NCBI GenBank assembly: GCA_964019335.1
Contig: OZ025745.1
Location: 62,001-126,000 of the forward strand
DNA from: Diplonema japonicum
Lineage: Eukaryota; Protista; Euglenozoa: Diplonemea
Reading direction: 5' to 3'
Length of the DNA stretch: 64,000 bases
This document shows, one piece after another, positions 12,422 through 24,500 of this stretch; the stretch's first letter is position 1; every line of letters starts with the position of its first letter. Under the pieces are notes generated by a model. That model ran no database searches and had not been told where the DNA came from. It was given only the letters and a program-made list of their open reading frames with translations. Both the position numbers and the translations under genes were made by a program.

Positions 12422-13180
12422 CTTTTTTTTTGTGGGTCGCAGCTAGCAGTTTCTCCCCATCAATGACTCCTTCTCGATTTCTCGTCTCGTAGAGAACCCC
12501 AAAGAAGGCGCAAACCTAGAATGTCAGGTTTTCTTCTTTCCTCTCACGTCTTATCCCCATCCCCCCTCCCTCATTTATCTTCTGCCAACGTGTTACACCC
12601 TTTTTTTTTAAAATTTTCTTTTATTAAACCGAGAAAAACAGAAAGGAACAAAAAAAAAAAAAAAAAAAAAAAAAAAGGAAATTGAGACCACCTCCCATGT
12701 TCCGTGCTGAGAGCGTAAAATTATTTAAAAAAAAAATGTACAAGGCGGATACAACGGGGCTCCTTCTCCCCTCGAGAAAAAAAAAAAAAAAAAAAAAAAA
12801 AAAAACATTTTCCTCTTTCAGGGGTATTGACAAATAAGAACGAGAAGAAAAAAAAAAAAAAGGGAGGCAAAGGAAGAACTCGTCCTTATTTTTAAAAGAA
12901 TTAAAAGAACGCAGGGTACAGGGTAACAGAAGAGAAGGGGAAAAAAAAAAAGGAGAAAAAAAATAATAAAGAAAACTACTCAAGAAGTCTACGCCGCTTT
13001 ACCATTAGACCACAACCATGGACCCTCCCTCCTTCATCCCCCCTCCCCCTTTCATCCCCCTCCCCGTCCCCATTTGTCTTCGTTACCTAATAAGAAAGAG
13101 CAGATAAAATAGTATGTCTCGTGTTGCCATGTGCAGTGTCATAAGTTAGTACAGTGAAAAAATAAGAAAAAAAATAAACA

Positions 13181-14113
13181 ATGAAAAGCCCTGTGGCGAC
13201 ATTTTACGCAACGCTGCCTACACTGCACAAGACAAAGAAAGGGAAGAAGGACAAATGGACTGTCGCTGGGAATGAAAGCCACAACCTGCCAAGGACCTTC
13301 GAGGCCATGACTACCGTCACGGTGCCCAGGGTCCCTGTGCCCCCGCCACACACTAATAAGACAAAACGACGGCCGAGACCGAAACTACGACTGGAAGACC
13401 TGCATGTCAGCCCGTTTTTCATACATATCCTGAAATTCTTATCAAATAAGGACCTCTTCAACTGGTGCCTTGTCTCTTGGGAGCTAGCGGTGCTCACAAG
13501 AGCAGTCGTGAAGAGGAGGGTGGAGCACCGCATAGAACGTGTGCAGCAGTTGGAAGAAGAAGCAAGTAGAGACACCGACGACATGGCCAAAGGCGAGGAC
13601 ATGCGGAAACAGATCAACAAGGTGTCCATAACCACACTGAGAAAGGTGAACAACGGTACGGAAGGCATCAGACGGCTAGGGGAGTGCGTAGCTGTGTGTT
13701 TCGGTCTGAAGCCCGAGTGGAAGGAGTTCCTTCACCTCGCACAGGACGCCTCTGTCCTGACAGCCATGATGCTCAACTACGACAAGAAGACAGTTACCAC
13801 ACGTCTGCTGGCGAAGCTTGAACCTTATGTGAAACACCCCACCTTCAACAAGGAGGCCATCAACAAGTGCTGCTCAGATGCAGTGCCCATCTACATATGG
13901 GTGCAAGGTGTCTACCTGACAGGCACTCTCTCCTTCAAGCCATGGGAGTCTGATCGCATGCAGATGAAAACTTCCTGCGTCGCTTACCTCGAGAGCATCC
14001 CTAACCTCATACGGCCCCAGCACGTGCTGTCCCTCGACATGGATGAGGTACACAACACCCTAGCAAAGGCAGAGCCCGTCACTACCACAGACACCTTTGG
14101 CAACACCGTCTAG
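13181..14113 (+). CDS. F-box protein with a dynein stalk microtubule-binding-domain-like C-terminal region
   Basis: F-box-like LEDLHVSPFFIHILKFLSNKDLFNWCLVSWEL. GIRRLGECVAVCFGLKPEW...MLNYDKKTV...YVKHPTFNKEAINKCCSDAVPIYIWVQGVY follows the dynein MTBD pattern. Confidence 0.7.
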   Translation: MKSPVATFYATLPTLHKTKKGKKDKWTVAGNESHNLPRTFEAMTTVTVPRVPVPPPHTNKTKRRPRPKLRLEDLHVSPFFIHILKFLSNKDLFNWCLVSWELAVLTRAVVKRRVEHRIERVQQLEEEASRDTDDMAKGEDMRKQINKVSITTLRKVNNGTEGIRRLGECVAVCFGLKPEWKEFLHLAQDASVLTAMMLNYDKKTVTTRLLAKLEPYVKHPTFNKEAINKCCSDAVPIYIWVQGVYLTGTLSFKPWESDRMQMKTSCVAYLESIPNLIRPQHVLSLDMDEVHNTLAKAEPVTTTDTFGNTV

Positions 14114-14223
14114 CGCCCGTTTCCATGGGTACCAAGCGGTGGAGCTTTTAAGTTAAGTGATATATGGATGAAGGCCCCCAGTCGGTTTTATGAAATACAT
14201 TGTAGAGTGATAATAACAAGAAG

Positions 14224-15214
14224 ATGTTCCGCAGGATTGGAAGTGGGCTCCTGGGTACCGCTGCAAGCTTTGGTGTTTCTTCAGCATGCGCCGAGACCAC
14301 CTCTATGATGCATGAGGCGCAGCAGGCTTTCAGGTATTGTTTTTTTCTTCTTCTTTCCGTTTTTTATTTTTGCGACAGCCCTAAAGATTTCACGTCCTTC
14401 CCCCTTGTGTCGAGGAAGCAAGTCAGCCATGACTCGCAGCTGCTGACCTTCCAGTACCCCACGACAAACCACGTCTCGGGCATGACCGTTTCGTCCTTGG
14501 TTGTCACAAGGTATTCCTCTTTTGTAAACTGAGCCCCGCAGGTTCACCGATGCAGACGGCAAAGAAGTTACGCGCCCCTACACACCCATCACTAAGCCCG
14601 ACCACAAGGGTTCATTTGAGCTTCTCGTCAAGAAATATGATGGTGGGAAGATGAGCAGCCATCTCCATAACATGAAGGTGGGTGAGACCCTTGACGTGAA
14701 GGGGCCTTACCGCAAGATCAAGATCGAGCCCAACCAGGTATGCGAGTGGACGGCAAAAAAAAAGAAAAACAATAAAATAAAGTACACGCACCTTGGGTTA
14801 ATTGCTGGAGGGACTGGTGTGACCCCCATGTACCAGGTCCTGAGGCATCTGCTCGACAGCCCTGAGGACAAGACCGCCATTTCTATGCTGTACGCCAATA
14901 AGTCGCCGCAAGACATCCTTCTAAGTGTTGAACTGGAACACATGAGCAGATCGCACCACCGCTTCAACCTGTACAACATCGTGGAGACCGCACCCGCCAA
15001 CTGGACACAGGGCATCGGCTACGTCAACAGCTCAATGGTCAAATCGTTCATGCCGAAGCCTGGTGAGGGTCGCATCTTGGTCTGCGGCCCCCCGGGTATG
15101 ATGAAGGCTGTCTCGGGCGACAAGGACTACAACTCCACCCCCCCTAAGCAGGGGCCCATCGGCGGGATTTTGAAAGATGAAGGGTACTCTTCTAAGGATG
15201 TGTTCAAATTCTAA
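14224..15214 (+). CDS. NADH-cytochrome b5 reductase; exons 14224-14333, 14379-14510, 14542-14737, 14783-15214
   Basis: RPYTP, GKMS, LIAGGTGVTPMYQ, LYANKS and VCGPPGMM motifs. Introns 14334-14378, 14511-14541 and 14738-14782 restore the canonical spacing. The N-terminus MFRRIGSGLLG resembles a mitochondrial presequence. Confidence 0.9.
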
Positions 15215-15392
15215 GAAGTCTTACGACGACTAAGTAGTGATTAGTGTGTGTTGATAGTTCTGTTCCATAGCAACCGGTGCTATGTATCGATCGTGGGTAA
15301 GGCTGCGGTCCACGTCGCCATGGGTTTATATTTCAGTTTTTCTTTGCAATTCAAATTAACGTACCTCAATGGCAGCCTTATGATCGGCGGCG

Positions 15393-16496
15393 ATGCCTTT
15401 TGACTCAGTCGCACCGGAGCAAAAGCAACTTGGGGTGCTCACACCCGACGACAAGGGTCATGTGGAAGAGACTCAAAAAGCGCTATTGGGCGTGGTGATA
15501 ATGAGCAGGGGGGGAAGCGTGCAGGTTAACTATTGGCCTTATAAAGATAAGCAAGAAGTGAAGGAGCTACAGATGAGCGTGGAGAAAATGGCGAAAATGG
15601 TGCTGGGGTACGAGATACTGCACGGGTTCCCTGTGAGTTCTTCTGTGCTGATGAATGAACTCACCTTGTTAGTGGCGTGCAGGGAGCACAGCATGTGTGT
15701 TGTGGTGTGTTCAAAGGAGACGCTGTGGATGCGCTGTTTGACTTCCGTGTTATGCGATACATTTGAGCTTCAGCACAGCACCCGACTGGCGATGTTTAAC
15801 GACATGGAAGGCATCAAGAACGAGGAAGCGAGTGGCATGAAAACTGACAAAATCATCTCCGACTCTCCCGAACAGGCGTCCACGCCCTTCAAACCTGACA
15901 CCCTTCCCGAGTTTCTTGAGTTCGAGAGGATCATTCTAACCACTCTCATCAGCCCTACTGCATCTTTTTTCGGCATCATCCATGCCCTTGCCAGTATTGA
16001 GCCCGTTCTGTGTTGCTCTATCATCCTAGCTGACGGGAAGTCGTTGACGTGTACAGGAAAAGCTGCCCCTTGGGACGTTGATCCGGAGCTACCCCATACA
16101 CCCGACGAGCAGCTGAACCTAATAAAGCTAAAAGGATTGTACAGCACGGGGCATGGTGCTGTGTGGAAGATGTGTAATGATGCTTTCGCGGAGGCTACCG
16201 ACTTGGAACGCGTGTCGTTCCGATTGAGTGGCCATGACGGCTCCTACGTGGATGCCCACATCGGAAGTTGCGAAGGACTTCTCATTGATGGGCAGCAGAG
16301 CACCGCCACAATGCTGTGCCTCGCATCAGCATCGCCTTTCCTGACCCTACACTCTGTGGACAAAGGGTCCATCCCCTCCGCCGATGCCATGTCGTCGGTC
16401 TTCGCGACCTACCTGGACCACCTGCGCTCCCTTCCCAAGCCCTCCCACGTGGTACGCAACCCTTTAGATCCTTTGAACAAGGAAAGAGGGGCATAG
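15393..16496 (+). CDS. Hypothetical protein (367 aa), possibly longin-like N-terminal fold
   Basis: Intact ORF in the co-oriented array. The longin idea rests only on the beta/alpha pattern around VVIMSRGGSVQVNYW. Confidence 0.65.
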   Translation: MPFDSVAPEQKQLGVLTPDDKGHVEETQKALLGVVIMSRGGSVQVNYWPYKDKQEVKELQMSVEKMAKMVLGYEILHGFPVSSSVLMNELTLLVACREHSMCVVVCSKETLWMRCLTSVLCDTFELQHSTRLAMFNDMEGIKNEEASGMKTDKIISDSPEQASTPFKPDTLPEFLEFERIILTTLISPTASFFGIIHALASIEPVLCCSIILADGKSLTCTGKAAPWDVDPELPHTPDEQLNLIKLKGLYSTGHGAVWKMCNDAFAEATDLERVSFRLSGHDGSYVDAHIGSCEGLLIDGQQSTATMLCLASASPFLTLHSVDKGSIPSADAMSSVFATYLDHLRSLPKPSHVVRNPLDPLNKERGA

Positions 16497-16566
16497 CTTG
16501 TGAAAGCTCATTCTTCTTTAGCCACTTAACCTTAACGACATTGACACAATACAGGAGGGATGTCAC

Positions 16567-18846
16567 ATGGACAGTACGGTAGACGATGTGACGTGCGCCA
16601 TCTACAACACCGAAGGGTGCCCCGCTTTGAGGTTGGTGAGCAGCGTCCTTTCCAGTGATGCTCTCTTCACGATGTTGGGGGTGTCGTGGGGGTCATCACT
16701 TTCTGACCTCGAGACAGCTGCTGTGGAGTACACGTGGGAATACGAGATGAGCATGTTGCTGGAGGAGGAGGACGCTTTGAGATGTAGTGTGCTGGACGAC
16801 GAGTACTGCGATAGGGAAATGGTGCATGAGCTGCTGAGGCTGGCATGCATGAACAAGAACTACACAGTCATCGAGCACCCGCCGGATGATGCCCTGCTAC
16901 GAGATATTTTCGTGGAAGAATCGCTTGCAAGGCATGGCCTAGTCACAGAGGGCACAGATATACTGGGTGCTTTGCACACGGCATATTACAACATTTACTT
17001 CGGCTCTTTTCTGTCAGTGATACAGAGAAAGGTGCGGTGCTTCCTTGCTTGTATCCATCTTCGAAAGAAAAAAGAACAAAAGAAGCGAGAAACAGAGAAC
17101 AAATGCACCAACGAGTTTGAAAGTGATGCTGCTGTACTCATACAGAAAACTATAAGAGGGCACCAAACCAGAGCTAGGGTAAATCAGAAGAAAAACGAAC
17201 ACATATTTCTGCAAACGGTGCAGCGCGAGAGGCTCATCAGTGACCTGGTACAAAAGCTACGCATCACACAACGCGAGACCTCGTGTGGTGTGGCAAACCA
17301 GAACTTTACAATAACTGCGCTACAGGCTGTCGTGAACGAGTGCACTGCATCACGTGTGCTGAATGATGTGGTGGCCTCTTCAGTGTTTCTTGAAGAGTGT
17401 ATCCAGCACAACTGGTTGACCTCCTTCTCTGTTGTTCTGACGGAGAGCACCACTCGCTATATAACAGCCGACACCTTAACAACGCTGTTGTGTCTTGCGG
17501 CCCACCACTGCCGTCCTTTACATGTGAGACTGCTGCTGAGCTTGGGTGCCAGTCCAAGTAACCCTCATCCCATCACACACCTGACACCACTGTATTACTG
17601 CTGCAGCTTGACTCCTGATACGGTAGCTTTTGCAGGGGACAATTTGCAGCAGGACAGATTAAAGGTAACGCACATCTTGGGTGACACTGTCGGCTCCAAG
17701 GTGTCGACGGGCACTTCGTGCATGCATAGAAGTTTGATGTCCTGTTACGCTGATGTGTTCGACTTACTAGTCACTGAGCACAATGCGTTGCCTGCAGTGC
17801 AAGACGACTTCGACAGAACACCGCTGCACTACATATGCGCCGCACCCCTTGACGATGAAGAGCTGGTTTGCACCACCCTGCAACATGTTGTTCGAAAACA
17901 CTTCTTGCACATCAATGCACTGGACCAATGGGGGAATACTCCCCTGCATTACGCAGCTAGATCCCTGCTGGCACCGAAGATGCTCATTGCACTTCTTGAG
18001 CTGGGCGCATCGACAAGTATAGCGAACTTCAATGGTGAAACTGCTCTGAACGCAGCGGAGCATCGCAGCAGGCTCATGGGCACAAGGGGGACAGTGACGC
18101 TGCACACTTTGAAGTACTACCAGCCAATGCAGCCTTCTTTGCCAGCAGCTAAAAAGCTGAAACCCGTCGCAAAGCTGATGGCCGACAATCTTGAGAACGT
18201 AGAAAAGAGCAGCGCTGCAACCCTGTGCTTGCGACCCCATGTAAAGAAGTCAGAGCTTAAGTTAAAAGAAGGCAACTATGCTAGTGCCGAAACAAAGTAC
18301 ACAACGTATTTGGAACACTTAGAAGGCCTGTGCAAGAGCAACCATCTAGCTGTGCCGAAAGCCCTCTTGAATGCAGCTGTATTGGACAAGCAGCTTGACG
18401 CAATGCTGTACTTCTCCATTAAGGACACCTATTTAGGTGCAAAGGTATGACAGTTATATAACCTCCATCTATCCCCACAGTACGTTCTTATGATGCAGTC
18501 TATCTTTAGTCGTGCAAAGAGGTTAACTGGTATATCGTTAAAAGATCTGGGCCTGTCAAGTACGCAACTGTGCTTACTGCTCTCTGTGCTGAGCAAGGGG
18601 GAGCACCGTAGTTTGTCTGCCCTTGATGTGCGAGGGAACAGCTTCAACCTGAGAAGCGAGAAGTTGTTGCTGGTAACCATTGAAAAAAGCTCTATCACAC
18701 ACTTGGCTGTTGACTTTACAGTGATCAGCCCGTCGATGTGTAACCAGATCAAAGTGGCGCTGGGAAGCAGAGGGGGGTCCCTCAGGCCGCTGATGCGTGG
18801 TGAGTGGAACCTTTTTAAAAAGACGAACAAGCTACCCGTAGTTTAG
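16567..18846 (+). CDS. IQ-motif + ankyrin-repeat protein with a short C-terminal LRR-like segment; exons 16567-18444, 18481-18846
   Basis: IQ motifs IQRKVRCFL and IQKTIRGHQTR. Ankyrin TPLHY repeats (DRTPLHYIC, GNTPLHYAA, GETALNAA). The 36-nt intron 18445-18480 joins the 118-aa ORF (LSALDVRGNSF) in frame. Confidence 0.8.
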
Positions 18847-18887
18847 TTAAGTTTCTCAATCACTTTCCACACACAACACATGCAGGG

Positions 18888-20403
18888 ATGTCTGCAAACC
18901 ATGAGGTACGTATCCCGAGTATCTTGCAAGCCAAGATTCTGCATGCGATGCTGGCAGGGTATGGAGAGCAAGTGGAGGGCGTGATCGTGGGAAGGGCAGA
19001 TGACGAGGTGGTGACAAATGACGAGTCCGAGCACATGACAGTTAAGGTTTTCAATGTGACAAACATTGTGACCTTGGGTTGGCAGAACTCATTCTACGAC
19101 AGGGACTGCGCTGTGCAGCCCTTCGATATCCCTGATGTGATAGGCTGGTTCAGAGGGCGGACGAGGACACCGCACGTGGTGTCTGCCGTCGAGATGGAAG
19201 TGCAGGACAACCTTATGAAAGGTAACCCCGATATGTTGTTCTGCCTCCTCACCACGAAGGAGGAGCAAACAGGCGTGGCACGGGGCACGCTCAATATAGA
19301 TTCAAGTTTCTTCCACTTCAACTCCTCAATGATATACAAAAGTGTTAAAACAGTGATACCGAATATGAAGCAAAGCAGCCAAAAAGAGTATGTCCTTACT
19401 CGTTCCCTTATTATTGTACAGGTACAACCTATTCAGGAGGCTGGAGATCGTGAACGGGGACGCGTGTGAGGATGACATTTCTTTGAAGGCGTTTGAAGAG
19501 ATTACTTCCAAGCAGCGACAGGACGCTGCGAGCGAAGTGAAGAGATTGAAGGCGAAAGCGGAGGACGGAGAAAGCAGCAAGCAGCACAACGAGCTGTACG
19601 ACAAGAAAGAAGCGATGAAAGCACTGCACCAAGAATACCGGCAAGTATGCAAGAAGAGCATTGACTTGAAGGAACAGCGTAGGCTGGCAATGCTGAGTCT
19701 CAGAAAAGCAAAAACCGATTTGAAAAGAATGCAATTGAACCACATCGAGGAAGAATACCATACAGGTGCTGTGGGCATAGAACGTGAATTCTCAGAAATT
19801 TGGAACGCAAGCTGCGAGCAGTTCACAGAAGATACAGAGGGTCTGAAAGAGTCTTGCACACAGCCTGAGGTTGGTGCACAGGAGGAAGAACCCCAGGAGG
19901 CTCAGGAACCGGTGCAAGAACAACCGAAAACAAACGAGGCTAAAGCTGAGGACATGTTATGCTTCGATGAGCATGAGGTGGGGTCCAGGAGTGAGTCGCC
20001 TGTCCCGACTTTATCGAGGAATGCATCAACAGAAGTGGAGAGGGACCCCATCAAAGACAGCATTATGGAGCAGTTCAGCAAAACAAGGAGCCGCTCCTAC
20101 GCCGTTCCACCGCAGCCGGTTGCAAAGCCTTCGATGCCCCAGCCTCAGACACAAGTGCCTTCCGCCTCGAGCGACGCTGCAGCGACTTCAGCGGATTCAC
20201 CCTTCAAAGAACTCACTGCGGAGTTTATGGTATGTCCTATGGCTGCGAATCAACACGAACAGGAAAAGACCTCGAAGAAAAGAAATGCTCCCGATGCCGA
20301 GCCTAGCTCTAACTCTGCCGGTGTGGGTGACGAACGGTCGGAGGGAGCGCAGTCTGACGAAGAGTCATTGGGCATTGATCCTGTGGATCCATCGAAAGAG
20401 TAG
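18888..20403 (+). CDS. Abraxas/FAM175-like MPN(-) protein (BRCA1-A/BRISC scaffold); exons 18888-19387, 19422-20403
   Basis: VEGVIVG, SFYD and VIGWFRGRTRTPHVVSAVE match the Abraxas MPN- domain. It is followed by a coiled coil and a disordered tail. The 34-nt intron 19388-19421 links the two ORFs. Confidence 0.7.
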
Positions 20404-20453
20404 TACACATGTGCCATGTTTTGATTAGATTACTACGCGCAGTCACACAGGTC

Positions 20454-21439
20454 ATGGGGGTTGTGGGATATGTGATACTCACGTGGGTGAGCTTGGCTTG
20501 TGGAGCTGAGGTCCAGCTGCGGGCACCTGTGGAGAACTGGTCGACTGGGGATGTGGTGGAGTGGCTGAACGACATTGGGTTGAAAAGCTATGCAAAAAAA
20601 GCATCGGAGATGGAAGTCACGGGGAGTGACATCGTCCGTGGATCGGGGGGTGTTTTGGAGAGTCTTAATGTAAGCAATCCTGTTCACTGCGCGAAGCTGA
20701 AAGGGCATGTCACGTCGCTGAACGGGATGTGTCCGTGCAACACTGTAGTCCAGCGGGACATGTACGAGCTGATCGGCAGGCGAACGTCTACAATGTACAA
20801 CACAGCACTGTTGATGATGTCGTCGCCGAGGACGTTTTTCTTTTTGTGGCTCATAGCAGAAAGCAGTACCTGGGAGGAGGTGGTGACACCACAGTCGGGT
20901 GAACCTTGGTCCGTGGGCCACCTGCCCGACGGGTACACTGACAGGTTTGTTGGGGCTGCTATTGAGGAAGACCCGCTGCGTACTTTTGCGCTGTGTATGC
21001 TGTTCCCTTACGCAGCGCTGATGTGGAGTGCGTGTTCATATTTCTGGTCTAACCCAGTCCTTACCGTGTTGTTCATGGCCTGTGCTTTAGTGTTCCAAAT
21101 CACGGAGGTATTCAATGTGATCCAGCTCACCTTTCCCGACAACAAGTCATGGCGGGCCATCGCCAAGGCACTTTTGTGGAATGATGTCACAAAGTATGTT
21201 TTTTTCTCACCACACCGCACACCGCACCACACCGCAGGGACGGCTTTTTCAACGCGCTCATGACGTGCGGCATTACTGTCGCTGTATTCCTGACTTCCTT
21301 CATCTTCCCCTACTGGCTGCAAACTATAGGCATCGTTGCTGTCTTCCTCTTCTCCATCTACAGCGCTTTTTGGTATGTGGTATTTCGTAACAGCATTCAC
21401 TACAGGGCCGTCCTTACTGTACTTGTTCCGCCTGAATAG
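20454..21439 (+). CDS. SAM-domain multipass membrane protein, BFAR-like but without RING; exons 20454-21193, 21238-21372, 21406-21439 (last intron uncertain)
   Basis: Signal-peptide-like start, SAM motif VENWSTGDVVEWLNDIGLKSY, DMYE...SSPRTFFFLW and several hydrophobic segments. Intron 21194-21237 is required to keep the frame. Confidence 0.6.
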
Positions 21440-21508
21440 TGTAGGTTAGGTTTATAATCACTTATATTTGACTGCACTTGCAACTCAAGCACACACAGAG
21501 AGAATGTG

Positions 21509-24500
21509 ATGAACCTCCCGAGTATCCCACATGGGAAGGATGGGCTCGTAGCACGGCTCCACTCTGCACAGCGAAGGTATAAGTTCAACCACGAACGTGT
21601 TCTTGAGAGGCTTGGGCTGTTTTTTGATGGAAAAGAGACATCTGCAAGCACAGCAAGCTCCTGCTCTTTTACTGTTTCTGCTGGTGGCTGTAAATCACCC
21701 AGCAGTGTGCTTGCTCTAGAGGACCTTCCCCAGCCTGATATGCGGCAGATGTCTACGTCGCGAATAAGAAAACAAAAAGCTGCTTCTATGGCACTTAGCT
21801 ATCTTCAGCCCTCAAGTGCGACCGCTTCTCCAGAGACCTTCGCAATGACGAGCAGGGACCTCGACGCACACGACATGTACTTTGTTGCCATGTCTTGCAC
21901 TAACAATCCTAACATCAGGTGCATCGACCTTTCCAACTCCCGCATCACCAAGGCAGCTGCAGTGGTGCTCCTAAACATCGTGAACACTACGCGGCAAGTA
22001 GTGCACGTTCTCCTGGAAGGCTCGTCCATTTCCATGCACTCGTATATCACACCCGTGCCGCAGAAGTTCTTGAAGGAGCTTCAAGCCAAGTTAGAAGCGA
22101 ACGTCGACAAGAACGTTCGTCTCGCAGTGCAGCAGGATAAACGAGAGACCCTGAGCAGCGGGTTGCGCAGAAGAGCTGATCTAGTTGTGCAGGCACTCAC
22201 AACGCAGGACACCGAGCGAACCGAACGAATTGCTATTATTCGGATGTACAATGAAGTTAGAGAAGAGATGTACATGCAGTTCCGCAGTGCGGGAGAACGC
22301 CTTGTCAGGCTGCACAAACGGGAAATAAGAAAATGGGAAAAACGGAGAAAGATACACGCACTGGGGGAAGCGGAGGAAGATCACAGACAAAAGGTGTTTT
22401 TACGATGGCTGCATTTCTGGGAGCCGCTGATAGAAAAGATTGAATTTAGATTGAGGGTCTGTCTTGCTAAGGGGAGCACGAATGCTTCCGCACATATCAT
22501 GCTAGCAGCTTCGGAAGAGTGGATAGAAGCAAGGCAGCGTGAAAAGGCTCGTTTTGAGGAGGAGAAACAATGCCGCGTGGATATTGGAGAAAGTGAAATG
22601 TCGAAGCGAAAAGAAGTCGAGAGGCAGTACGACAAGCAGTTTGGTGCGCTGCGGGACAAGGAGCTTCTAGAAAGGAACATTGAGATGCTGAAAGTGTCGC
22701 AGAAGTTGGAACTCTTGAAGTCAGAACGCATGACGAGGAACATTGTGACGCTCGACGAGGGCGAGGCGTGGACATGGGTGCTGAAGAAATGGGACATTGC
22801 AGAGCAACACAGAATATCAGGGTTGGAGAAGCAGCGTCTTGTGGTGATGAACAGCGAAGGTGGTGTGCGAGACTTGATACTCACGGAGGAAGAGGTCTTG
22901 AGGCCCATTTTACACGACCTTATCAGAACTTGCACGGGAATGGCACAGGCGAGAGAGATTTTCTCACTCGCGGCAGTTGACAGACGGACTCTTCTCGGCA
23001 AACCGCCGTTACTAGCCGTGCGTGTTCCTGACACTAAGCCTGATAGGTACATCCTCAAGCAGCATCTCGCTAACGCATGCGCCCCGCCCAGAGTTGCTGT
23101 CGAAACGGCTGCACGGATAATATCAGAGCTCCCTGTTGACTGGGAAGCAAAAGTGATGGAAGTGGAGCAGCAGGAAGCCAAGGAGCTGATGAAGCGAAAG
23201 GAAGAATACGACAAGCAGATCAGGCTCCATGCCGAGACGCAGGAGAAGCTTGGCACAATGAATCACAGCGAGCACGTGCAGCGCATGATGCAAGAAAGCT
23301 TGATGAGTTTCTCAGCCGAGGAAATGGAACACGAACGGAAGTATATCGACTGCTCACTTATCAAAAAAAGGAAAGAACAGATACTTGGCGGCACACTCAC
23401 GTTCAGCTGTGTACCTTACAAAGAGCTTCCGCCCTTAGTGTACAAACAGGAGGAATTATACCCGGGTGATGATTCTTTGCTTGTATCTTGTACAGAGATA
23501 CCGAAGAGCCGGGTCACTAAGACGGTGCGTTATCCTGGCACTGACATGCTTCTCAGTGCAGGCTGCAAGTCGCTGGTACTGCATGTCCCGAAGTACGCGA
23601 CTGTGGAACAGGTCCAAGATATGTTAAGAGGTTGCCACTACAGCACCACTTACGAGGGAGCCCTCACACCTCTTCACAGACCGATAAGGGTTAGTGTGAA
23701 ACTTTACTATATTAATGTGACGGACGATAGCGATCCATACCTCGCCGAAGATTTTGCAGACGAGCTTCCATCGAACATACTTGAGATTGAGACTACGGGC
23801 TGCCTGTCGATTGTGCTGTGCCCTCCGTACTTGTTCATCCCCCCAGAGTCGAGGGTGTGCACCTTCACAGAAGGCGATACTGTTGAGAAGAGCGTTTTCC
23901 TGACAGACTTGATCGCAAATGACCAACCCATCATCAACAGGCTGTCGGGCGTCGTCACCGTAGCGTCTGGGAACGGGACGTCGATGGTGTCGTTCGAAGG
24001 GGGCGAAATCGTGATCGACATCCAGTACGGCTACACAGCAGACGACGTTATCGCGTTTAAAAGTGGATCAGATGCCTACTACAGCGATGTGGATCAGCTT
24101 ATTAGAGTGAAAGAAGAGCCTGTGATGAAGGTGCTTGAGGGCGTGCTTTGCAAGACAACAGTACAAACAACAGGGTTGAAGGAAGAACCTAGTAACCGGT
24201 TGGTGTTGGCGATCAACACTCCAGCGTCGGCGGAGGTTGTCAGGAAGGTATTACAGAGGCTGAGATTCTACAACGTGTCACAGGACCCTGTTGAGGGGCC
24301 CAGGCAGATCAGGATCACGCTCAAAGACGATGTAGGTTCGTGCTCAATGGTCAAGGTCTCCGTCGTTGTGGAGGCGACGGACAACCCAACCACCTTGGGC
24401 GTGCCGGTCACTAAGAAATTCTACCATTTCACTGCCAGTTCTGGGGGTATTCCTCAGCACCTGCGGCAACATATTGTAGCACAGAACTTCCTCTCCTTCG

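Noticed and set aside
10417-12983. Short poly-Lys/poly-Phe ORFs here and at 3541-4344, 47814-49417, 55839-56348, 60011-60400 and 61250-61942
   Set aside because: They are translations of A/T homopolymer tracts. Only BolA within the last interval is real.
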